Shown piece by piece: positions 54,249 to 62,511 of a stretch of 64,000 nucleotides of DNA. The notes under the pieces were generated by a model that saw only the letters and a list, made by a program, of their open reading frames with translations, did no database searches and had not been told where the DNA came from. How positions within the stretch are numbered: position 1 is the first letter of the stretch; every line of letters begins with the position of its first letter. The stretch comes from a virus (lineage: Duplodnaviria; Caudoviricetes). The stretch lies in IMG/VR virus record IMGVR_UViG_3300025133_000020, one strand, 5' to 3'. Made by a program: the position numbers and the translations under genes.

Positions 54249-55120
54249 TGGCTATAGAGGAACGACTAACAACATATAAATCTGAAACTTGCTGGCAATA
54301 CGACATAAGGGTTAAGAATCGAGAGGAAGACCTTGTATTGGCAAATATGACGCAGCAAGAGGCTGCGCAATTAAGAGTAAGTGATTTCGAATTAAATTTT
54401 GAAGAGAAGGATGCCGTTTTTGATGAAGCTAAGGCTTTCATCGAACGACACGAATGGTTGGGTAGAATGGGTCTTTATCCCACCCACATTTTCACCGCTA
54501 GATACAATGGTATGTTGGCTGGTGTGGTCATCATGGACATGCCAAACGCATTCTCCAAGATGTTAGGTGAGGGAACCAAAAAACTAGAACGACTTATTGG
54601 TAGAGGGGCTTGCGTATCATGGTCTCCAAAGAACTTAGCCTCAGCATTAATCGGATACTCAACAAAGTGGATGGTTAAGAATACACCGTATCGATTATTT
54701 ACGGCATACTCTGATTCTGAAGCTGGTGAAGTGGGTACGATATACCAAGCATGTAACTTCTACTATCTGGGTGCCAAATTCGGTGCCAAGGCTCAATATA
54801 AGAATGAGAATGGTAGATGGGTGAATGATAGATACTTCAGAAGTAGAAGCGTATATAAGAGGATGGCAAAGAAGCTCGGAATTGATTGGTTAGACGCTTG
54901 GCAAGAGCGAGATAGAGTCATGTTCGACCTGATGCCTGAAAGTGTCTCAGAAGCCATTAAAACAGCTTCTAAGGCGTATATGGCTGAGTGTGAGAAGAGG
55001 GAACTACCATTGAAGGGTAAATACGCTTACGTTTTGGGTAGAGGGAAGAAGGATACTAAGAGGTTGAGAAAGATATTCGAAGAAAGAAATAAGACGTATC
55101 CGTATCCTAAGCGAGGGTGA
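54248..55120 (+). CDS. Mom-like/GNAT DNA-modification enzyme
   Basis: FTAYSDSEAGEVGTIYQACNFYYLG resembles Mom-like acetyltransferases. Confidence 0.55.
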   Translation: MAIEERLTTYKSETCWQYDIRVKNREEDLVLANMTQQEAAQLRVSDFELNFEEKDAVFDEAKAFIERHEWLGRMGLYPTHIFTARYNGMLAGVVIMDMPNAFSKMLGEGTKKLERLIGRGACVSWSPKNLASALIGYSTKWMVKNTPYRLFTAYSDSEAGEVGTIYQACNFYYLGAKFGAKAQYKNENGRWVNDRYFRSRSVYKRMAKKLGIDWLDAWQERDRVMFDLMPESVSEAIKTASKAYMAECEKRELPLKGKYAYVLGRGKKDTKRLRKIFEERNKTYPYPKRG

Positions 55121-55169
55121 GAGAGTATTTATATTTGTAGGAGTCAAATAAAACTCTTACCTTTGCAAA

Positions 55170-55736
55170 ATGGTTAAAGATAGATTAAGACTTTTATTGG
55201 AAGAGGCGGGTGAAATCACACGATTGGAATGTTTTGATTTTGATGGTACATTGATTGACACACCACTATCAGACGTTGGAATCCCAATGTGGGAAAAAGC
55301 TACTGGGGAAAAGTTTCCTTATGAAGGGTGGTGGGGTCAGATTGAATCCTTGGATACTAACATCTTTGAGATGCCCGTTATCCCACAGGTTGCTGAAGCA
55401 TACAAGAAGGCTAAAGCTAGACCTGATACTATGGTAATCATGGTTACAGGTAGACAAAACACACCAGAGTTAACGAGCGCAGTTAAGGGTATCCTAGATT
55501 CCAAAGGAATGACTTTTGATGCGTATAGATTTAATACTGGTGGTGATACGGGTGAGATAAAACGTAACCAGTTGAATGTTATATTAGGTGCTAATCTTAA
55601 TATCAATGAAGTTATTCTTTACGATGATAGGGAGAAACACTTCGAAGATTTCGAAGCGTGGGGTGCAGAGTTGCTTGAGGGTGATTTCGTCAAATCGTTC
55701 CAATTAGTTCGTATTCCAAGTACTGGTCGTTTCTAG
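55170..55736 (+). CDS. HAD phosphatase (Swiss Army Knife RNA-repair-like)
   Basis: FDFDGTLIDTP..WW..ESL, VTGR, YDDR. Confidence 0.7.
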   Translation: MVKDRLRLLLEEAGEITRLECFDFDGTLIDTPLSDVGIPMWEKATGEKFPYEGWWGQIESLDTNIFEMPVIPQVAEAYKKAKARPDTMVIMVTGRQNTPELTSAVKGILDSKGMTFDAYRFNTGGDTGEIKRNQLNVILGANLNINEVILYDDREKHFEDFEAWGAELLEGDFVKSFQLVRIPSTGRF

Positions 55737-55794
55737 GGGTTGCAAGTATCGAATTAATTCGGTATATTCGCAATATAACTAAAAAGAAAAAAAC

Positions 55795-55983
55795 ATGAGT
55801 AGTTCATCATCGTCATCATCAGGTGGCATCGGATTCGTTGGTTTATTGACCATCGTATTTATCATACTAAAACTAACCAGCATCATTGACTGGAGTTGGT
55901 TATGGGTATTATCACCAATCTGGATAACATTCTTACTTATAGTAGTGATATTCGGTGTAATTCTGAAGTTTTTCAATAGGTAA
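55795..55983 (+). CDS. small membrane protein
   Basis: SSSSGGIGFVGLLTIVFIILKL..WSWLWVLSPIW. Confidence 0.6.
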   Translation: MSSSSSSSSGGIGFVGLLTIVFIILKLTSIIDWSWLWVLSPIWITFLLIVVIFGVILKFFNR

Positions 55984-56013
55984 CTTTACTTTAACGTATA
56001 TTTCTGTAACTTT

Positions 56014-56253
56014 GTGAGAAACAAAAGTATCATGAACGCAGTTTATAAATTAAAGCAAGAAGCCTCATTGGGGAGAGACCTGAATTTCAAGGTGGGTCAA
56101 GAATTTGAAATCGTTAATCGAGTAGTCTATATGGACGGCTACCCAGTACCACCAAACATGCAAGGGATGTTTTTTAATTGGATTATGGGCAACCTTAACC
56201 TATTTAGAGACGTTACAGTAGTTTGGAAGAAAGGAACACAAAATAATCTTTAA
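56014..56253 (+). CDS. hypothetical protein
   Basis: GTG-start ORF after a promoter-like box. Confidence 0.45.
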   Translation: MRNKSIMNAVYKLKQEASLGRDLNFKVGQEFEIVNRVVYMDGYPVPPNMQGMFFNWIMGNLNLFRDVTVVWKKGTQNNL

Positions 56254-56367
56254 ATACAATATATGTCTGAATTAATCAGAGAGGTGGAAAAGAAAATGCG
56301 TTCCTAAGAGAGTTTTTAATTGGGAAAAGATTAGCATAATCCAAAAAAAACCCTTATATTTGCACAA

Positions 56368-56907
56368 ATGTATAGGGATACTGTTACATATAAAGGTAAA
56401 ATAGTATTCGACCCTGACAACAGAACCAAGAAGCATGGGCTTCAAGGTGGGTGGAAAAAGGTCGCAATGGTATTCCTATACGGTGACATCTGCGAGTACT
56501 ACGGTTGGCTTATCAATAAACGATATAACCTACCGTTAGCGGAACCACTAAGAGGTGCCCACGTCTCCTTTATCAATGATAGGGGAAGTGACACCAACGG
56601 TAAGTGGGAAGAGGTAAAGAAGAAGTGGAACGGTAAGAGGATTGACGTTACTTTGAGTACTGACGTTAAAACGGATGCCACTCATTGGTGGATGATAGTT
56701 CCAGAGGATGAGCGACAGCAGTTGCATGACATACGTGCCGAGTTAGGTCTAGGTAGACCGTATTTCGGATTACACATGTCAATTGGATATGCTAGGGATA
56801 GCCACGATAAGGTTGACCTTGGTAATAATGCGGAGAAAGCGATACGAATGAATGAAGAACATTCAAGATATATACACGAATTACTAAAAAAAGGGATAAT
56901 ACCATGA
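56368..56907 (+). CDS. 2H phosphoesterase-like protein
   Basis: AHVSF and LHMSIG motifs. Confidence 0.6.
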   Translation: MYRDTVTYKGKIVFDPDNRTKKHGLQGGWKKVAMVFLYGDICEYYGWLINKRYNLPLAEPLRGAHVSFINDRGSDTNGKWEEVKKKWNGKRIDVTLSTDVKTDATHWWMIVPEDERQQLHDIRAELGLGRPYFGLHMSIGYARDSHDKVDLGNNAEKAIRMNEEHSRYIHELLKKGIIP

Positions 56908-57134
56908 AGACTAAATTAACACTTTTGGCACTATGTGCCGTACTATTCGCTGGTTGCAGCGTTAACACATCAGGTAACGTTGATATCGATGCTGATGACA
57001 TCAAATATGTGAAGGATACCAGAAGTGGGCTTTGCTATGGTGTTGTGGCTTCACGTAAAACCTTCACACTAAGTACCACTGGTCTTGGATTGACCTGTGT
57101 ACCATGTGATAAGGTTGAACATTTAATAAAATAG
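56904..57134 (+). CDS. small lipoprotein
   Basis: Lipobox LFAGC. Confidence 0.6.
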   Translation: MKTKLTLLALCAVLFAGCSVNTSGNVDIDADDIKYVKDTRSGLCYGVVASRKTFTLSTTGLGLTCVPCDKVEHLIK

Positions 57135-57136
57135 TT

Positions 57137-57370
57137 ATGAGTTATTATAGTAGTAATTTACCACCTAGTGAGGAAGAACTAAAAGCACTTGAAGATGAGA
57201 AAGCTAAATCTCAGAAGAGGTATGAAGAAGCTAGATTGAACTTATTGAGTAAGGTACCTAAGAAGTATAGAGATAACGCTGACAAGTTTGCTTATAGATT
57301 GGGTCATTCTGCTGGTAATGAAGAAGTTCTAATGTACTTAGAAGAGATTGTGGATTTATTTGATATATAG
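57137..57370 (+). CDS. hypothetical protein
   Basis: Coupled ORF. Confidence 0.45.
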   Translation: MSYYSSNLPPSEEELKALEDEKAKSQKRYEEARLNLLSKVPKKYRDNADKFAYRLGHSAGNEEVLMYLEEIVDLFDI

Positions 57371-57413
57371 ACACAAAACATGAGATTAAATTATTAACTA
57401 ATACCTAGAAATC

Positions 57414-58439
57414 ATCGGGGGCAGGGCACTGAAAAATACATATACAAGGAGATACCAGAGACGGGAGTTCACCAAGATATCCACAGAATTGCTGAGGATA
57501 CTTAGGCGAACATTCGCCCAAGCTGAGGTACCTAGATTCTTCCATGAAAAGATGAGTTTCGGTGACATTGACATCCTTATATCACGCACCAAAGTGGATG
57601 CTGATAGTGAGGCTATAGATATACGCACATACATTGAGGACACTTTCTCACCTAATGAGATATTCCACAACGGTAACTGCTGGTCTATGGACTATAAGGA
57701 GATTCAAGTTGACCTTATGTTTGTTGATGAAGAACACTTTGACTCTAACCTTAATTACCTAAGTTTCAACGACCTAGGTAACTTCATAGGTAGACTGGCT
57801 CACGGCTTCGGCTTGAGATACGGTCAAGAGGGTCTATGGGTGACTTACTACTTCAACAACACCAAGAACAAGATTATGATATCTAAGGATTACCCAAAGA
57901 TATACGAGTTCTTGGGTCTGGATTACAGACGATGGTTGAAGGGTTTTGCGACACTTGAGGAAATCTTCGAGTTCGTATCCGAGTCACCTTACTTCAACTG
58001 GCAAAAGTTCCAACCTTCCGAGTTGAACCGCATAAACAGGGAACGTAACCTTAAGAGGACTTCCTATATGCAATTCTTGGAGTGGATGGAGAATAACGTT
58101 GCTGACGAAGACCATGAATATCAATTCAACGAGGATAAGAGTAACTATCACCGTATGATTGATGATTACTTCCCAGAAGCCAATCTATTGGACGAAATCG
58201 CTAAGATTGAGTACACGGTTTCTAAGAGTAAGTATGCTAAGACCATATTCAATGGTAAGGTGGTCATGGATGAGTTCGATTTGAAAGGTGCGAAGCTTGG
58301 TAAAGCTATGGAAGGTTTCAGACTGTACATGGAAGACCAAGGTATCAGTAACCTAGAAGATTGTTATATAGAATGGGGTAGAGAGAACGTTATTGATAAC
58401 TTCGAACTATACCTTAATTCGGTGGAAGAGAAAATCTAA
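57414..58439 (+). CDS. Pol-beta-superfamily nucleotidyltransferase (probable ATC start)
   Basis: SFGDIDIL and IQVDLM motifs; the frame is open from 57402 and reads IGGRALK at 57414. Confidence 0.65.
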   Translation: MGGRALKNTYTRRYQRREFTKISTELLRILRRTFAQAEVPRFFHEKMSFGDIDILISRTKVDADSEAIDIRTYIEDTFSPNEIFHNGNCWSMDYKEIQVDLMFVDEEHFDSNLNYLSFNDLGNFIGRLAHGFGLRYGQEGLWVTYYFNNTKNKIMISKDYPKIYEFLGLDYRRWLKGFATLEEIFEFVSESPYFNWQKFQPSELNRINRERNLKRTSYMQFLEWMENNVADEDHEYQFNEDKSNYHRMIDDYFPEANLLDEIAKIEYTVSKSKYAKTIFNGKVVMDEFDLKGAKLGKAMEGFRLYMEDQGISNLEDCYIEWGRENVIDNFELYLNSVEEKI

Positions 58440-58756
58440 TTGTAAAATGGGTTTTCACGTAAAAGAAGGCTGACGATTTCGTCAGCTTTTTTTGCTTCAT
58501 CAGTAAACGAGACTACCTGTTCATGAGTCAAATCAAACCACTCACCACGTTTTCTGGTCATACCGAATTTCCGATGAAGCATACCTTCAATCTTCCTCAT
58601 CTTATGGTTCTCGGTCTCATACTTGTTGACTAATATGATTTCATCCGAATTACCAGTTTGAGCTTCCTTAATACGCTTTTCGATGCTACGCTTGGTGATA
58701 CCGATTTTGAAACCACCGTTATTACAGAACTCAGCCAGAAGATATACCATACCCAT
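58436..58756 (-). CDS. GIY-YIG (T5orf172-like) protein
   Basis: MVYLL..FKIGIT..RIKEAQTGN..RGEWF. Confidence 0.75.
   Translation of the reverse strand: MGMVYLLAEFCNNGGFKIGITKRSIEKRIKEAQTGNSDEIILVNKYETENHKMRKIEGMLHRKFGMTRKRGEWFDLTHEQVVSFTDEAKKADEIVSLLLRENPFYN
58467..58494. terminator. hairpin terminator inside the convergent gene end
   Basis: AAGGCTGACG-ATTT-CGTCAGCTTT plus T run. Confidence 0.7.
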
Positions 58757-58813
58757 ATTTTAAATATAGATATTAAATTTGGATATGTAAATTAAATTAT
58801 GTATATTTGTACC

Positions 58814-59242
58814 ATGGAAGAAAACTTAGAACGAGTATATACTACCAAACGATACGTGCATTCATTTGAAACACCTGACAGTTTAAGGTTTGAACCTGTG
58901 GATGAAATTTATGGTAGAGAAGGGTTATATGAGACCTATGACCCCGAATTTATTATAGATAACCCCTGTGCCACTTGGTATAATGGTTCAGCAATTAAGA
59001 TTTCAGTAATGGAAGAACAGATTGCCGAAATAAAGGCTAAAGGTGGTACCCATCTTGATATCGACTATCATGGTGACCACGACAGCTATATCATCAACGG
59101 TGTTGACATTCATAAGTCCACAGAAGAGGAAATAGCGAAGCATCTGGGACAAACAGAAGAAGAAAAAAGAAAAGAATTCTTGGAAAGATACCATAGATTG
59201 AAAAAGGAAATGGGTGATATTGAAGATTATTTAGACTCATGA
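58814..59242 (+). CDS. hypothetical protein
   Basis: TATATTTG box directly upstream. Confidence 0.55.
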   Translation: MEENLERVYTTKRYVHSFETPDSLRFEPVDEIYGREGLYETYDPEFIIDNPCATWYNGSAIKISVMEEQIAEIKAKGGTHLDIDYHGDHDSYIINGVDIHKSTEEEIAKHLGQTEEEKRKEFLERYHRLKKEMGDIEDYLDS

Positions 59243-59448
59243 AGAAGATAACCCTTAGTTATAACGAATTACTTGCGTTCTTCACCCAGAACATACACTT
59301 ACTTACAGAGGGTGATGTATACGTTGATAAGATAAAGGCTCACACCCCTTCGGTGTCATGCCACGACAAGAATACTTTCGAAAAGATATGTGAACCAGTT
59401 GAATTTCTTGAGAGTATAACGCTGACATTAGAAGAATACGAAGATTAA
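59239..59448 (+). CDS. hypothetical protein
   Basis: Coupled ORF. Confidence 0.45.
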   Translation: MKKITLSYNELLAFFTQNIHLLTEGDVYVDKIKAHTPSVSCHDKNTFEKICEPVEFLESITLTLEEYED

Positions 59449-59502
59449 ACCTCTGATTATCAGCGACTTACAATAAAAAGTGAATTTATTTTCATTTGCC
59501 CC

Positions 59503-59533
59503 TTGACAGGACGGAAATTTTATTGTATATTTG
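59503..59533 (+). promoter_or_regulatory. strong promoter for the Rot-like gene
   Basis: TTGACA ... TATATTTG. Confidence 0.75.
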
Positions 59534-59548
59534 TACTCTGAAATACAC

Positions 59549-59683
59549 AACCATAGGTAAGGTTACTAATTCTGAAAATAAAGCCACCTTATCTGATTAT
59601 TGTGATTTTTAACATTTAAACAATATAGTTTAACCATTGAGAAGGTTACTAGTACTTTTAATACACAACCACCTTTTCAGATT
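59549..59683 (+). ncRNA. two tandem copies (C, D) of the AACCAT-stem-TACTA...stem-GAYT RNA motif
   Basis: 9-bp stems 59555-59563/59586-59594 and 59638-59646/59671-59679 with compensatory changes. Confidence 0.7.
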
Positions 59684-59700
59684 TTTAATTTTTATATAAT

Positions 59701-61722
59701 ATGAGACATTTTGTATCACTAATCAAGCGAAACGGCTTGAACATCGAAGCGGGAACTTCTAACAACGAAGCGCTAGCTCACCAAATTAATCACGAATTAA
59801 TGAACAACGGATTTGTCCTATCTAAGGACTTGTTCGATAGATTAGCAACTCTTGACGAGGCGGCTCTAACTACTGTTATGACCGACATCAAGCAAGGTCT
59901 TGACCACATTGTTGGTGGAGACGGATATGTGGCTACCTATTTAGGTTTCCCACAATCTGTGTTGGCTATTTCTTACAAGGAATTTGCAATCAATGCTATC
60001 CTATATTACTGGACACACCAAGCGTGGCGTCCAACAGAAACTGTAGGTCTTGAAAGAGAGTTTGGGTTTGAGGCATCTAAGATTAAGGAATTGAAGTTGA
60101 TTGAAAAGTCAGAGTTCGATTCTATCTTCACAGATATCATCTATTCAAATAACAGCATTTCTGCGTTTGATAAGGTAATCGTTGATTACTTCATCGACAA
60201 CGGTGCTAACTTTAACTTCGGTAAAATCAAGTTCAAGGAAATTGCTGCATACGTGGGGCAAAGACTATTGGATAACACTAACGTAACAGTTCTACCAACT
60301 AAGAATGCAACAGACATTCTAAGAATTTGGGCTGCTTACTCTGGTGGTGATGAAGGTCTTAAGACCAACACTAAGTTCAGGAACCCAACTTCAAGACAAT
60401 CTAAGGTTATCTTGAGAACACTGGAATCTTGCTACAACTTGGAAGACTCTTTCAAGGGGTACAGAGAAGTGTGGTTGAGAGTATTGTTCTACCTACACCC
60501 AATGGCTAAAGGTAATGTTAAGAGGTTCAACACTGTTGCAACCTACACTGACAAGTTGAGAAACAACCCTAAGTTGTTGAAGACATTCAACGCTAAGATT
60601 GAAGAATTATTGGCTAATGAGGATGTTGCTATCTTCGAAGTATTGAAGAAAGCTCCAGGTGTATTTACACGTAGACTTGACCACTTGGTGAGAACCTTTG
60701 GTTACAGAGCTATCCAAGAATGGTTCACGATTACACCGTCAACTAAGAACTTGGTTACAGCGTACAACCACTTCACTGACCGTGATAAGGAACAAGCTGG
60801 ACGTGCGGCTATTTTGGCTGGACAAGACCAATCTAAGATGGTTACTTATGAAGCGCAAGCTCCATTGGACGCCAAGGTTGTTGGTAGCATCAAGACTTCT
60901 ATCATGGAAGCTTTGGGTAACTTGAACAGCGACACTATTGGAAACAAGAAGGTTGCTATTGATTTGCCATTGTACTACCGTCCATTGACATCTAATAATA
61001 GAGCGTCTAACTTGAGCCTTAATGGTTCTGTTAACGGTTCTGTTGAGAAGGCTAACACCACTCAAACTATTAGAATGTATGTTCACTGGAATGACCATAC
61101 TGACATTGACCTATCAGGTTTCTTGATTACTTCCGATAACGAAGTGTTCAAAGTTGGTTGGAACGGTAACCATAAGATTGGTGGTGGAATGGTTTACTCT
61201 GGTGACAACACTGGACATTCTGACAAGAATGCTGAGTACTTGGATATCACTCCAAGCTTACTACCAGCAAACTCTGAATGGATTATCGTTGACGCGAATA
61301 TCTACAGTGGTCCTTCATCATACGCAGGTTATGGTGGTTCCGTTAGAGCAGGTTGGATGTTGAGAGACAAGCCACAAGCTGGAACTGCATGGCTACCTAA
61401 GACAGTTGCCAATGCGCAAGTATTGAATTCTGACAGTAGGATTGCTTACTTGATGGCTTACCACGTACCTACAGCTAGCGTTGTATACTTGGACATGTCT
61501 AAGGACAGTTCTAACGTGACAAACGCAGATGATGCTTTGAAGATGAGAATCTTCTTGGACAGATTTGTTAGCTTGTCTGGTACTGAAGAAATCAACTGGG
61601 ATAAAATCAATCAAGGGCAACTATTGCACTTATTGGCTGGAGAGGTTGTAACTAATCCAGAGGACGCTGATGTATACTTCAGCGAATCCACTACCCTAGA
61701 GGAAGTAAGTAAATTCATGTAA
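59701..61722 (+). CDS. TerD-domain protein with long helical N-terminus (TROVE/Rot-like)
   Basis: C-terminal VHWNDHTDIDLS...YSGD...AEYLDI TerD motifs; PGVFTRRLDHLVR. The TROVE assignment is from recall, not a search. Confidence 0.6.
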   Translation: MRHFVSLIKRNGLNIEAGTSNNEALAHQINHELMNNGFVLSKDLFDRLATLDEAALTTVMTDIKQGLDHIVGGDGYVATYLGFPQSVLAISYKEFAINAILYYWTHQAWRPTETVGLEREFGFEASKIKELKLIEKSEFDSIFTDIIYSNNSISAFDKVIVDYFIDNGANFNFGKIKFKEIAAYVGQRLLDNTNVTVLPTKNATDILRIWAAYSGGDEGLKTNTKFRNPTSRQSKVILRTLESCYNLEDSFKGYREVWLRVLFYLHPMAKGNVKRFNTVATYTDKLRNNPKLLKTFNAKIEELLANEDVAIFEVLKKAPGVFTRRLDHLVRTFGYRAIQEWFTITPSTKNLVTAYNHFTDRDKEQAGRAAILAGQDQSKMVTYEAQAPLDAKVVGSIKTSIMEALGNLNSDTIGNKKVAIDLPLYYRPLTSNNRASNLSLNGSVNGSVEKANTTQTIRMYVHWNDHTDIDLSGFLITSDNEVFKVGWNGNHKIGGGMVYSGDNTGHSDKNAEYLDITPSLLPANSEWIIVDANIYSGPSSYAGYGGSVRAGWMLRDKPQAGTAWLPKTVANAQVLNSDSRIAYLMAYHVPTASVVYLDMSKDSSNVTNADDALKMRIFLDRFVSLSGTEEINWDKINQGQLLHLLAGEVVTNPEDADVYFSESTTLEEVSKFM

Positions 61723-61779
61723 TTTTTAAGAAAACCATTAAGTATTGTGGTAGTGATTGGTTCGGTTTAACCCATAAAG

Positions 61780-62025
61780 GTGACTGCTCAAACCCAATCC
61801 ATTGCTATAACGAATAACATGAACGTTCACCACAAACTAAATATAATGCACGAACATTTAATGTATATGAAAATTCCGTATCATAGCGTTTCGGTTATTC
61901 ACAGACACCAAGATTTAGGGTTTCATGTTATATTCAATGATAGTGTAAAAGACATGGTTACGGACGAACTGAAGGGGTATATTGAAGCTACTGGATTCAC
62001 TTTCTCTTATGTTAGTTCGAGCTAA
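61780..62025 (+). CDS. hypothetical protein
   Basis: ORF downstream of the Rot-like gene; start uncertain. Confidence 0.4.
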   Translation: MTAQTQSIAITNNMNVHHKLNIMHEHLMYMKIPYHSVSVIHRHQDLGFHVIFNDSVKDMVTDELKGYIEATGFTFSYVSSS

Positions 62026-62070
62026 TTTAGCTACGAAACCGAGCTAATTTCAAAAAAACTTTCAAAAAGA

Positions 62071-62102
62071 CTTGCATTATCCAAATAACTTTTGTATATT
62101 TG
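62071..62102 (+). promoter_or_regulatory. strong promoter of tRNA operon 2
   Basis: Near-identical to 38947-38978. Confidence 0.8.
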
Positions 62103-62133
62103 TACCATATTTAATAGAAAGAAGAAAAAACTG

Positions 62134-62235
62134 ATGAATACAATTACTAACATATTAGTCGTGACATTATGTCTCCTGAGCAACGTGCTGTTGCTAGGGC
62201 AGTCGGGCTATGGTGTTATTTCTTGTATCATGTAA
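62134..62235 (+). CDS. attenuator leader peptide MNTITNILVVTLCLLSNVLLLGQSGYGVISCIM
   Basis: 7 Leu, 4 Val, 2 Cys; CAGTCGGGCT (62200-62209) is complementary to the terminator 5' arm. Confidence 0.7.
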   Translation: MNTITNILVVTLCLLSNVLLLGQSGYGVISCIM

Positions 62236-62256
62236 AGTATACAATATAAAGCATTG

Positions 62257-62288
62257 AAAGCCCTGACTGAAAAGTTAGGGCTTTTTTT
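62257..62288 (+). terminator. attenuator terminator upstream of tRNA operon 2
   Basis: AAAGCCCTGACT-GAAA-AGTTAGGGCTTT plus T run. Confidence 0.88.
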
Positions 62289-62314
62289 GTGCCCAGTTCT
62301 TTGAAATAAAATAT

Positions 62315-62400
62315 GTGTAGGTGCCAGAGTCAGGTCGAATGGTGCAGACTGCAAATCTGCAAGTGAAAGCTCATCAGTGGTTCGAATCCACTTCTACACT
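62315..62400 (+). tRNA. tRNA-Cys(GCA) with long variable arm
   Basis: GCAGA-CTGCAAA-TCTGC; U73; extra arm. Confidence 0.82.
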
Positions 62401-62411
62401 CTTAATAATAC

Positions 62412-62484
62412 GCCCCTATAGTGTAGCGGTTCAGCACGTAACTCTTACAAAGTTGCAGCCCAGATTCGAATTCTGGTGGGGGTA
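62412..62484 (+). tRNA. tRNA-Val(TAC)
   Basis: Canonical cloverleaf. Confidence 0.88.
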
Positions 62485-62511
62485 CAAAGGAGAGTGATGT
62501 ACAAGCTCTCT

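Noticed and set aside
937-61620. Numerous minus-strand ORFs nested in long plus-strand genes
   Set aside because: They are antisense shadows caused by codon bias, with no promoters or motifs.
62131-62137. Hammerhead core CTGATGA
   Set aside because: There are no flanking stems or matching GAAA strand; the sequence is simply the leader-peptide start.
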